A stretch of DNA of 40,689 bases. It comes from Salisapilia sapeloensis CBS 127946 (Eukaryota > Protista > Oomycota). Shown piece by piece: positions 30,936 to 40,689 of the stretch. The first letter of the stretch is position 1, and each line of letters starts with the position of its first letter. The position numbers and the translations under genes were made by a program. The notes beneath the pieces are model-generated. The model worked only from the letters and a program-made list of their open reading frames with translations. It did not search any database and had not been told where the DNA came from. The DNA lies in assembly GCA_023334545.1 (NCBI GenBank), contig JAADVB010000173.1, forward strand, positions 1 to 40,689, given 5' to 3'.

Positions 30936-32323
30936 ACCGAGTCATGGTGGTTTGATGCTTGTATATTTTTATTCACCCGTTTCGTAGAATGGAAACCCCT
31001 CATTTATAAAAATAACTTTGTATGATCCTTTGCTGGGAAGGACAAGAATAAACTCTACAGGAGCTCGGGAGAAAGTAGGCATTTACATCATATTCATCCG
31101 AAATCCATTTCATATCAGTATTGGTTACACTAAAGTTGAATGCTCTTTAATGATGTACCGGATAGAGCTACCAGCATATTTGTAAGAACAATTACCATGT
31201 ATCATTTGAGAGATAACGATCGGTGGATGTATCACATACAATTGCTGAAAATAAGCCCTACATAGTCGATTCAACGGCTTGCCAATTAAAGATATAAACT
31301 ATCGAAGACATTCTGCTTAAATGGTAAATGCAAGTCCGTCAATCCTTTCATTGGTATTGCTCAGAATCAAAGTCGGTGCCAAAATAGACAGTGTTCTTGA
31401 TCTTAGCTTTTTCGAGGATGATAGCTTTTTATTGTGTTGCTAGGAATAATAAGATCTACGTATATATTCCAAGCCAGCTATCACTCTAGAATAAATACTA
31501 TTCGTTGCGTCGATAACGCTTCCTATACTAGTGAAAGTAGGCGAATCGTATCTGAGTACTCGAAGGATAAGGATGTTAGCTAACGATAAAGTCATCAAGA
31601 TAAGAGGAGTCGAGCACCGAATGACGCAAACAGCATTTAAACCTTCTTGGCTATACAAGACGCACACCATTCATCAGGGCGGGTTTCATGCTAGCTAGCT
31701 TCGCAGTCACCTTACCTATCCAACAAGCGTATATTAGCAAATACAACTGACTATCTATTTGTAATTATACAAGCATTCGGAGATCAGGCCAGACTTGCAA
31801 AGTTGATGGGAGCTACAACCAGCTATCCACTAGAAACACATTTCCCGTGTGCCATAGAGCATAGCTACAGAAATTGGAAGTGTACACTACCGAATACAAA
31901 TGTTTATCTATCTTGATGAATAAAATTTATTGCACTACTTTTAGTATCTTCTTATCTAGCAATTGCATGATGCAAAATCCACACTAGTTATTCGACTCAA
32001 CGAATATCATTAGGCTCGAACATCATGATACCACGTTGTTTCACCTCCGCTTTAATTCTTCCTACCGATCTATCAATGTGACGATCAGGTCAAGTGAAAG
32101 GTCAAGAGTAGCTTCAAGATGGCACCATCCGCCGTCTGGCAGCACTAATTTCACGGCATGCATCCTATCCGCACTCTATTTTCCTATACAAAAGTGGCGC
32201 TTTGAATAGACATGCTCCTATTTTCCACTTGAGCACGAAAAGCCCAAGTGACCAGGAAAAACTGGACGTTCGACACCTCTTCTACCATTACCATACGAGC
32301 AGGGAAGAAGAAGAGTAGTTTAT

Positions 32324-34030
32324 ATGTATACGACCTCTCCTCATCAAGGTCGCGGATCGACCTACAACCAACGGACGTCCGTCTCGCAGCCGAGCTTCCA
32401 CTTATACGTTCGTGTCCACAGCGCTTTTGGGCTTAAAATCTCATCTCAAGGCGCGTATGCGAAAGTGTACTTAGCCGACGGTAGCATGGCCATGGGCAGT
32501 CGAGCTGCCGTCTCTGCCGACCCGCACGCACGTGCGCCAAGCTACACGTTCCACACGCGCGTCGCGCCACCGAGCCGGGACCCTCGACGAGCATCTCCGA
32601 TATGGAACGAAAAGTTCCAAATGGCTCTACCATCCGACCGTCCGTTCGATCAAGTCTTGACGATTCGTGTGAAAAACCAGCACTTGCTCTACTGTCCGAC
32701 GATTGGCACGTGCTCAGTCTATATACGTGAATGGACTATTGGCGAGCTAGGCGAAAAATGGGTCCCGCTCACGGATAAACACGGACGAAAGGTCGGACAA
32801 TTACGTTTACAATATCTATTGGAGCGCTCGGAAAATATGCAAACGCCAAATATGCCGACGCCAAAGCCTTCGTACATGTCGACACCGACGACCCCGAATA
32901 TGCCGACGGGAGGACGTCGTTCGAGTGTCCAAGCCAGTCCGTCTGGAGCGCCACCAGGAGAGTACTATGGTGCAATCGACTACACACCGTCCAAACCGAC
33001 GTACACAAGTACGTATGATAGTTCCTGGTCTGGCGTCAGTGGTCGCAAGTGGAATAAACCTCAGGGCGACTCTTATCGACAAGACACGGGGGAAAACTGG
33101 AGTCAAGAGCAAGCTCTTGCAGAACATTTCGCCAGTACAAAGCAGCATTCAGGAGATGATCTATCCCAGTACCTGGCAACAGCATCCTTTGGTATTAATT
33201 CGAACAGCTCCGGTTCAAGGGATGGTCGAGCCAGATCTGTCGCGCCATCCAGCACGTATAAGAAGTATCCAGGTCCTTCCGTACGACGGAAGACGACATC
33301 ACACGCCTCGAGTGATGAGAGGAGTACGCCGTCTTATTCACCTACGAGTGACGATCATGAATACACGCGTCGAAGCTTAGCAGGCGCAGTGGACGCAGAC
33401 GTCTCGAACGTCATGATCGACAATCTCCCGTCATCAGACGAGGAGAGCGACTCGGACGAAGAAGCCGCTGCGTGGCTACGACGGCGAAACGAAAGTTTAC
33501 AGGCAAGACAGAAGGGTTCTCGTCAGGAAACGAATGTGTCTGGTCTGACGTCTCCTTCGATCTCCGTCTCGTCAGAAGATCGAGTCGGAAGTGGACGGTC
33601 GCAAGAGTATAATGTACCGCCACCAGCATATGAACGCGTCAAGAACGAGGCGTTGGCACAGAGCCATTTCTTTGGCGAATACAATCCACCGTCTCCTCAG
33701 CCATCTCAAAGGAGTGATGGGTCTCTTGCCTTTCGCATGTCGAAAGGAACGGACCTGGCAGCCACGGCACCTGTGCGAGCTGAGAGCACGGATGACGTTC
33801 GTCGGACGAGAAACTCGACCGCGTCGTCAGATAGTTCGCGAGGTCTCTCATTATCGTCGAGTGACTATGGGGACAAGTTGTCAGGCGATGAGTATGCGGA
33901 GGCAGAGGTGATTGAGACTGCACGAGAGATGGACGGACTGAAGGTGGATGAGAGGGATATTGATGCCGAGGTCGGAAAGCATGGGCATGACTGGTGGCCT
34001 CATTCGAATGGGAAAGAGGTGACGTTGTAA
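32324..34030 (+). CDS. C2-domain protein with long Ser/Pro-rich disordered tail (C2 paralog 2), 568 aa
   Basis: FHLYVRVHSAFGL...AYAKVYL...SPIWNEKFQMAL...QVLTIRVKN....PTIGTCSVYI......EKWVPL.....VGQLRLQY, alignable strand by strand with paralog 1. Confidence 0.85.
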   Translation: MYTTSPHQGRGSTYNQRTSVSQPSFHLYVRVHSAFGLKISSQGAYAKVYLADGSMAMGSRAAVSADPHARAPSYTFHTRVAPPSRDPRRASPIWNEKFQMALPSDRPFDQVLTIRVKNQHLLYCPTIGTCSVYIREWTIGELGEKWVPLTDKHGRKVGQLRLQYLLERSENMQTPNMPTPKPSYMSTPTTPNMPTGGRRSSVQASPSGAPPGEYYGAIDYTPSKPTYTSTYDSSWSGVSGRKWNKPQGDSYRQDTGENWSQEQALAEHFASTKQHSGDDLSQYLATASFGINSNSSGSRDGRARSVAPSSTYKKYPGPSVRRKTTSHASSDERSTPSYSPTSDDHEYTRRSLAGAVDADVSNVMIDNLPSSDEESDSDEEAAAWLRRRNESLQARQKGSRQETNVSGLTSPSISVSSEDRVGSGRSQEYNVPPPAYERVKNEALAQSHFFGEYNPPSPQPSQRSDGSLAFRMSKGTDLAATAPVRAESTDDVRRTRNSTASSDSSRGLSLSSSDYGDKLSGDEYAEAEVIETAREMDGLKVDERDIDAEVGKHGHDWWPHSNGKEVTL

Positions 34031-34072
34031 AGTTGGAAACGAAGAAAAGTTTACTTGGTACGTGTTATAGTG

Positions 34073-34789
34073 TTAGACATGGAAGCTAGATCGTTCTGGA
34101 CTATGGACGGTCGACTGGTTTCCATCCAAGTGCTTATAAGAAGATGAGTTGGTCACGTCGGAACATCGGTTGCCGCCTCTGGAAGGTTTTGCCTTTCGTT
34201 CATACTTGTCTACGAGTTTCTGCATCGCTTGATGCGGATCATACTTGATGATGTTGGCGGTTCTAGATGTGGCGTTGAGATGGTCGTTGGAGTGGTTTCT
34301 TGCATGCACTTCATCCTGGTTCGAGTGCATGTGTGAACGATATTCATCGGGAGATACGATCAATTGTATCTGGACTCGACCTACGACGTGGGTATCCTTG
34401 TCCAAGACGTCCATCCACTGCATGGCTTGTTTGCCGAGACGGAGACCACATAAAGAAAGAGCACAGGAACCTAATGTCTTTCTAATCAACAGTCTGGATG
34501 CCTTTTGTTTGACTCGAATGGCGACGACTTTGCTATCTGGTTCCGTGACACCGACATCAAATGTGTCTTGCCATGTTCTCGTATGAGGTGGCAATGGTTT
34601 TGTCGACGTCCGGATAACACCTTCCGAGAAACGGCTGACTGCCGGTCGATGTTGGTCCGGTTCGCCCATGTTGACGATGCGCAGGTCGCAGTACGTGTTC
34701 GTTAAGTCGATCTCATGCACAGGGTCAAAGCGGATGACTCGAAGGAACAGCCGATAGTGCTTATGGCGAAGGTAGGCATGTCGAGCCAT
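34073..34789 (-). CDS. Divergent C2-domain protein (C2 paralog 3), about 238 aa
   Basis: YRLFLRVIRF...TYCDLRIV...TWQDTFDVGV....KVVAIRVKQ....KTLGSCALSL......MQWMDVL.....VVGRVQIQLIV. ATG at 34789; the ORF track uses an alternative start at 34822. Confidence 0.75.
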   Translation of the reverse strand: MARHAYLRHKHYRLFLRVIRFDPVHEIDLTNTYCDLRIVNMGEPDQHRPAVSRFSEGVIRTSTKPLPPHTRTWQDTFDVGVTEPDSKVVAIRVKQKASRLLIRKTLGSCALSLCGLRLGKQAMQWMDVLDKDTHVVGRVQIQLIVSPDEYRSHMHSNQDEVHARNHSNDHLNATSRTANIIKYDPHQAMQKLVDKYERKAKPSRGGNRCSDVTNSSSYKHLDGNQSTVHSPERSSFHV

Positions 34790-34982
34790 ACGCGTTCGAG
34801 TGAGTAGGATGAAAAGTGACAAGGAGCGGAACTTCCCAGCACAACTTCATGTCGCTTGATGCGCATCACCGTTAGAAAATTTAATGATGAAACCTCATGG
34901 GAAAAGAACCAAATTTTTATCAGATTCAGCTTCAAGCTGCGAAAAAGAGTATTTCAATGGCATCATGTTCCGTTTGTCCTCT

Positions 34983-36977
34983 CTATTCCTTGCTGGCTGC
35001 TTTCTGGCGCCGTCCTTCTGCTATGGCGTTAAGTGACCCACGCAGCTCCTCCATGCGACGGTCAAAGTCTATCCAAGTCCAAGTTTTGTTTAACACATAG
35101 CTGTCACGAAAGCGAAATGGGGTGCATAAGAAGCATCACATACCTTTAAATACACTTGGGGAATGGAGTGGCCGCTGTTTATTACGTGTTTTGGATGCGT
35201 CGGATTCATGATCAGTGGATATAGAGCGTGATTTTTTGACATTCGGTTCATCTTGCTTGTCAGTGCTTTTGGAAGCTAAACTTGATACATGCCGGTCCTT
35301 TCTACCACTCTCTCGGCTGTTCTGGACATTGCTACTCGATTTGTTCGAGAGACGAGACAGAGCTAGTGACTCGCTTTCGTCACTATCCGTAGACTTGAAG
35401 TTGTCGGTCTCTTTCTTTCTACTGCGCTGCTCCTCCTTACCTTCTTTGCTAGCATCCGATTTAGGCGGTCGATTCGAAGGCGATTCAACTAACTTGCTTC
35501 GATAGTTATCACTGTTCTTTGTTTCTTTTTCACGCATACTTGACTTTCGACTGAAACTTGGCGCTGGTGCATCGTCTAGTGGTGCCTTTGCAAACTTTTT
35601 CGCCAAAACCTGGTAACTGCTTCGTAGCTCACTTAGATCTGAAAACACTTGAGAAGCACGACGCTCCGCTTCTTCAATCATGCCCAATTTGAGCTGTGGA
35701 ATGCCAGTTGCCGGATCGGATTTGAACGAGTCACGATGGGCGTCGATCATTTCGTCTGCCGCGCCAAACACATCTCGCATTCGCTTACGAAATTCATATA
35801 ATTTTTTGCGCAGTGCTTCGGCGTCACTTTCAGTAGCTTGGTTGGATAGAGAATAACGCGAATCGCCACCTCGGACCGATCGGGGATGACTTTGATTAGA
35901 CGCTAATGACGCGTTTGAGCTCGCTCGGGAAATGCTCGAGTGACTAGTAGTGTTTTGTTTCGGTCCACCCCAATTTTCTTGTGCACTTGAAGCTGAGTGC
36001 GTCCCATCAGCTTCGTACTTGGATCGATTGTTGCTTTCGACTGAAGGACGTTCAAGCGAGCCATCATGACGAGACTTGCTTGATTTGTAGGAAGAATTTG
36101 GACTACTTGCACGGTGAATACTTTCTTGCGACTCTCGTAGTCTTGAAAAAGAATCCTTTTTACGTCCAAGGCTCGATTTCTTATATCTTCTAGCAGGTGA
36201 ATCAATAAGATCGTGGTTTTCGCTATGCAAAGGCGATAGTTCTAGTGTATCTCGACGACTAAGGCGCGCATGCTTCTCCTGGGTGCTAGAACTATAAGGA
36301 GAAGCGTTTTCGGAAGCTTGAGAACTTCGACGTGACCGGTAGGGTGGAAGCTCTCTAGATGGGGTGACTTGTTTTGCTCGTACGTCCTCATCGGTATCAC
36401 CATCCATGGTTTCATATCTGGTATATACTGCTTTACCAGACTCATCGAGATGGATATCTCTCTTTGGGCGCCGTTCATCGCTTGGACGGTAGGCCCGATC
36501 TTTTTGCACAGAGTCCTCCTTCCAAGTAGATAAAGGGCTTGTGTGTCTATCGTCCTTATGCCGGCGTCGATACGCAGTTGCATAGTCATCGTCTGGATCG
36601 GGCTGTCGAGTTTCTTTATCTTTGAAACCTTGTGAAGGACGCTCATGCGGTGAATCAGAGTAGTTCATACGATGATCACTTTCGCTATGCTTTGTGTTCT
36701 TGCTGTATGGTTTTGGCGAAGATGCTTTGTACGTCTGGAACGAGTCAGACATTGGTAGAGGGCGTTCCATCCTTGATTTTCGGTCACAATTGTATTCAAC
36801 CTCGTCGTCGAACTGATTGGAAATATATCTATCCGATAGTGATCGCGAGGAGTACGTGGACATATTGCGTCGTGATGAATTCGTATTGTCTTTTATTGGT
36901 TCTTGCTGAGAGGATAAGTCAAGTTTCCGAGGTATCGGACGCCTCATCGAGCTGTCATCTCGTTCAATCGCTGGCAT
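34983..36977 (-). CDS. Uncharacterised S/R/D/E/K-rich disordered protein with a short helical domain, about 639 aa, 2 exons
   Basis: The 613-aa ORF ends at a GTATGT donor (35143). A 75-nt intron to a TAG acceptor at 35069 gives the last exon DFDRRMEELRGSLNAIAEGRRQKAASKE*. Helical block AEALRKKLYEFRKRMRDVF...LSELRSSYQVLAKKFAK. Confidence 0.75.
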
Positions 36978-37163
36978 GCTTTCCTTGGATGAGGTTAACG
37001 TACAATGTACTAGAACTAGAGGCTAAAAACTTGATCTGGTAACCAACTAGTGACTCTCCACGAAGATCACAACGTCTCACATATGCAGCGAGAAGTTTCA
37101 AGTATTGTTTTCGTCTCATAACGTTTATTTAAGCTATGCCTATGATACCCTTCAATCAATGTG

Positions 37164-40100
37164 TTAGAAGGATCCACTGCTTTCCGCCAGACTACGTTAT
37201 CAATAAATTAGCGTTGACGAGACTCAAGCTATCAAGTTCTCGTAGTATACATACCTTGATTCGGCAAATGATCCCCCAGATAGTTCCTGTGCATCATCCG
37301 AATCTGCAAAAGATTGATCGTCTTGTGTCTGAAACTCTGCTTCAAATCGCTCTTTCTCTTCTTTCTCTCGCTGTTGCTGCGCTTCTACCTCTGCTAAACG
37401 CTGTTTTTCTGCAGCTTTTCTCTCGAGAACACGCTGACGATATGCAGCCATGACGTCTTCATCCTCTTTCTTCTTAGCCTCCTCCTCATTCTGCCTCGTT
37501 TCTGCTTCGAGCTCTTCCGGAGTTTTGGTACTGATCACTTCAGGACTATATTCTGTTGCTGTTAGAACCTCCTCCGCCGGAAGACTAGTGTCAACCACAG
37601 TATCTGAGGCTTTGTTTTCGGCGATAGCTTCGTCTTCGTCACTGCCCGGTATATCGATTGCTTCCGAGCTACTAGGGGCATCAAACACGGATTCGTCTGG
37701 ACTCTTCTCTTGTGCATCTGGCTTATAACCATGGTCATCGACATCCTCCATGCTATTCACCTTTCCTGATCTTTCATTCTCGATTTGAGCGATGCCAGTC
37801 TCTTCGTCTTTGTTCACTTCGTCATTTACTAGTATTTCTTGAACAATAGATTCTACTTGTTGCTGCTCATCTTGCGCAATGCGCTTTTCATAATTGTTTT
37901 CCTCGTCTGCAGACACCATGAATCGATCTTCCTTGCTTTGAGTAGACTCTAAATCTTGTGCCTTTTCACTCTCAACTTCTTTATCAACGCTCACGTCAAC
38001 GGAGGCATGCACTTGATCAACATCAATATTTGGGTTCTGGACATTACTTTTAGCAGTGCTATCATCCACTTTGCTTGTAGTATCCTCGGGTCCTCGGGGC
38101 TTTGTAGAAATGTCTTCAATTGGATTATTGTTGTCCTTGTGCCCATTAATAACCTCCTTTTTCTCACTGTCACGGATTGCATAAAGAAGCTCAGACTTTG
38201 GATCAAGGATAGATGGCTCAGTGACTGCATTTACATCATCTTTGCGTTTGCTATCAACCAGTTTCATTTCTGTTGAGTTTACAATGTGGTCTTTACCACA
38301 TGGCATTGGAGCTTTCTGCGTGACGATATTTAGCGATTGTCTGCTTTCTAAATTACTTGGTTCTTGCGAAACAGGTATTTTAGCTTCATTTCTAACAACA
38401 TGGTCTGCAGCACGTTTTTCCTGCTTTTCGTCGAACAATTTTATCTCTTGATGATTTTGTTCTTGCACTCTAATGTCTTCATGTCGTCGGCACTCCATAT
38501 CTTTATCCACATTCCGCCTTTCACCATTGTACACCTGATATTCGCGCCTCTCTCGAGCCTGTCGATCGTCTTCTTCACACCGATAGTAGGGTATTTCTTG
38601 AGAGTACTGCATGGGTTGATTTGGATAATGACGCTCTTCATACCTCATGACAGGTCGGTAATCTCGACCAAAAGTCCCCATCATCTCCATCATTTTAAGC
38701 AACAATGTTCTCTCAGATACGCTGTCGCTTCTGTCACTTGTATGTCGTCGATGACTTGACGGACGATCTCGCCACTCACCAAATTTTGCATGAATCGATG
38801 ACTGTGCTTGCGATAATAGCGTCGTTAAACTAGCAACTTCCTGCTGAAGTGACTTAACACGAACATGCTCGTCTTCATATTGACTACGATATCGCTCCAT
38901 AGAAGCTTCACTCGCCGTTGCACGGTCCTGCGCATCTCTCCATTTGAAATACAGCTCTTCTTCCTTATCACGAAATTGCTTCCGTTCATCCTCTACAAGC
39001 TGTATTAGGCGTTTTCTTTCTGCTACAACTGCATTCCCTTCTGCCATCTTCAAAGCCACAATTTCGTCTTGCAACGACTGTATTTGAGCACTAGATGATT
39101 GAGTTTGCTTTGAACGATCACTGCTTTCGTTCATAAGTCGATCTACCTCTTCTTTCAATCGCGCATTCTCTGACTGAAAGTGTGCAACTTCGACCTTCAG
39201 GTCATAAACTAATTGCTGCTCCGTTTCGATTTGACACTTTTTGTCGTGTACTTCATCTTCCAAGCGAGCTTTCTCTTGAGATACTTGGGATGCACGTAGT
39301 TGTGCATCACGATAGTTACTTTCTGCCTCTAGCAACGTCGCTTCGAGCTTTTCCCATTCGGATTGAAGATGCTTCCATCGCTCTGTCTGTCGTTTTAACG
39401 CCTCTCTCTCTGCACTAACTTCAGCTTCTCTGTTGGTCAACTCTACGTCCCGATTATCCACGTCTTTCAATAGTTTTTCCCGCTCCAACTGCCACTCCTG
39501 TTCTTTTACTTTAACATTCTTGTCAATCATCGCTTGTATGTTATGCTCCTGTGTGTCTAGACGTGCTTCCCATAACTCCATCCGCTTTCTTTCATTCTCA
39601 AAATGCTTACTATCAGCTTCGTCTTTCTTCCGCAATTCATCCTCTTTCTTTCGACAAGTCTCCATCTCCTGAAATAACGATTGTCTAGTACTAAATAGCG
39701 ACGACTCGACATCTGCATGCTTCTTCTGGTAACATCGATCCAGCTCTCGTTCTCGATCTTGTAGCTGAACTACTTTACTCTGATGCTCCTTAAGTAAGGA
39801 AGTTCGATACTCTTCTATTTCATGTTCTACTTTCTTACGTTCTTCTCTCCGGACGCTTTCGATTTCTACATTACGAAACCTTTGGAGCTCTGACTGTATC
39901 ATTTGCTTCGCTTGTGCATCACATTCTTGTTGGTATTGAAGCATCCTCTCTTCGATCGAGAGTGTTGGACGCTGATTGTCTATCGATGTTTTACTCAAGT
40001 AGATATTCTCGACTCGACGCAGTTGGTTCTCAAGTGCGAAACGATGGTCTCCTATATCTACGGATGTCTGTGTGCTCGATGTCATCGAATGGATGTTCAC

Positions 40101-40589
40101 ACGACGAAGTAGCTCGTCCATGAGAATGTCGAGTAAAGATGCTCCTTTATAAAGTTTTGCTTCCATCTCTTGATGTTGTGTCGGAGGAATATGGAGCATG
40201 GATAACAATGCATGAGATGACATTTGATTCGCAGTGTGACCTGACTCGGGTGTAAAGACTGCAAGTGTATGCTCTAGTCGATGACTTTTTAAATAGTCTG
40301 CTAGTAATCCATGAATAAGCTCCTTTGCTGTAGCACAAGGTTGTCTATCCGAGCCTTTTGTCACTTGATTCGAAGTACTTTTAGCTTTACGAAGTTTCAT
40401 GATAAACTCGCGCCGAACTTGTGCCTACACAAAGGTAATTTATCATTCGCATGATCACCAATGTGGTGAGAAAGCGCTTACTTTAATGGAATTGACAGCA
40501 CCGGTATCTACTAGATGCCGTAACATTCCTTCTTGAAGCTTGTCCACAGAGACTTCCGTACCATCGTTCAAGGCCTTCCAGTCTGACAT
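37164..40589 (-). CDS. OFD1: OFD1-like centriole/basal-body protein (N-terminal LisH, long coiled coil), about 1101 aa, 3 exons
   Basis: Exons 40482-40589, 37255-40424 and 37164-37191; introns 57 and 63 nt. The N-terminus KLQEGMLRHLVDTGAVNSIKAQVRREFIMKL...LIHGLLADYL.....EHTLAVF.PESG, then LENQLRRVE and SIEERMLQYQQECD...ELQRFRNVEIESVRREER, follows the OFD1 layout. Confidence 0.82.
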
Positions 40590-40689
40590 CTTTCAGTCTT
40601 CTGGACGAAGACAGGAATGCAGTATCGAATGGTGTGATCGAGAGTCGGCCGCTAGTAGTCACTAGCTCCTTTGAAAGGTCGCTCGACGC

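Noticed and set aside
31000-32200. AT-rich interval with short protein-like minus-strand fragments
   Set aside because: All frames are heavily interrupted. Treated as intergenic/promoter DNA between the divergent propeller and C2 paralog 2 genes.
1-40689. CRISPR arrays, rRNA, tRNA, telomeric repeats, intact transposons
   Set aside because: I saw no regularly spaced repeats, tRNA cloverleaf or box A/B pairs, rRNA-like tracts, TTTAGGG arrays or transposase/RT ORFs. This was a visual scan only.

Overview
This is eukaryotic, intron-containing DNA, most consistent with an oomycete (stramenopile). The evidence is short GT-AG introns (18 reconstructed, 50-90 nt, median about 56; many donors GTACGT, GTATGT or GTAAG), an oomycete-type ankyrin family, a stramenopile-type CBS/PB1 myosin and the centriolar gene OFD1. 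There are no prokaryotic operons, and I saw no CRISPR array, rRNA or tRNA. Gene order, left to right: 5' exons of an unassigned gene (-); TMEM42 (-, 5 exons); stand-alone PARP-type zinc finger (+); two paralogous stand-alone TAZ zinc-finger genes (+), one with and one without an intron, flanking about 5 kb of decayed sequence that includes an ankyrin-repeat pseudogene; a single-exon 3191-aa myosin (motor, IQ, 4 UVR-like repeats, 5 x four-CBS module, PB1, C-terminal membrane anchor); STIMATE/TMEM110-like (-); a catalytically intact myotubularin (-); an F-box-like/macrodomain fusion (-) head-to-head with NAA10 (+); three divergent C2-domain paralogs lacking the Ca2+-binding Asp motifs, around an intronless type II membrane protein whose ectodomain resembles phage tail beta-propeller proteins; a low-complexity protein (-); and OFD1 (-). 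The best candidates for undescribed biology are the phage-like membrane-anchored propeller, the tail-anchored poly-CBS myosin and the F-box-macrodomain fusion. All family assignments come from motif recognition by eye; no searches were run.
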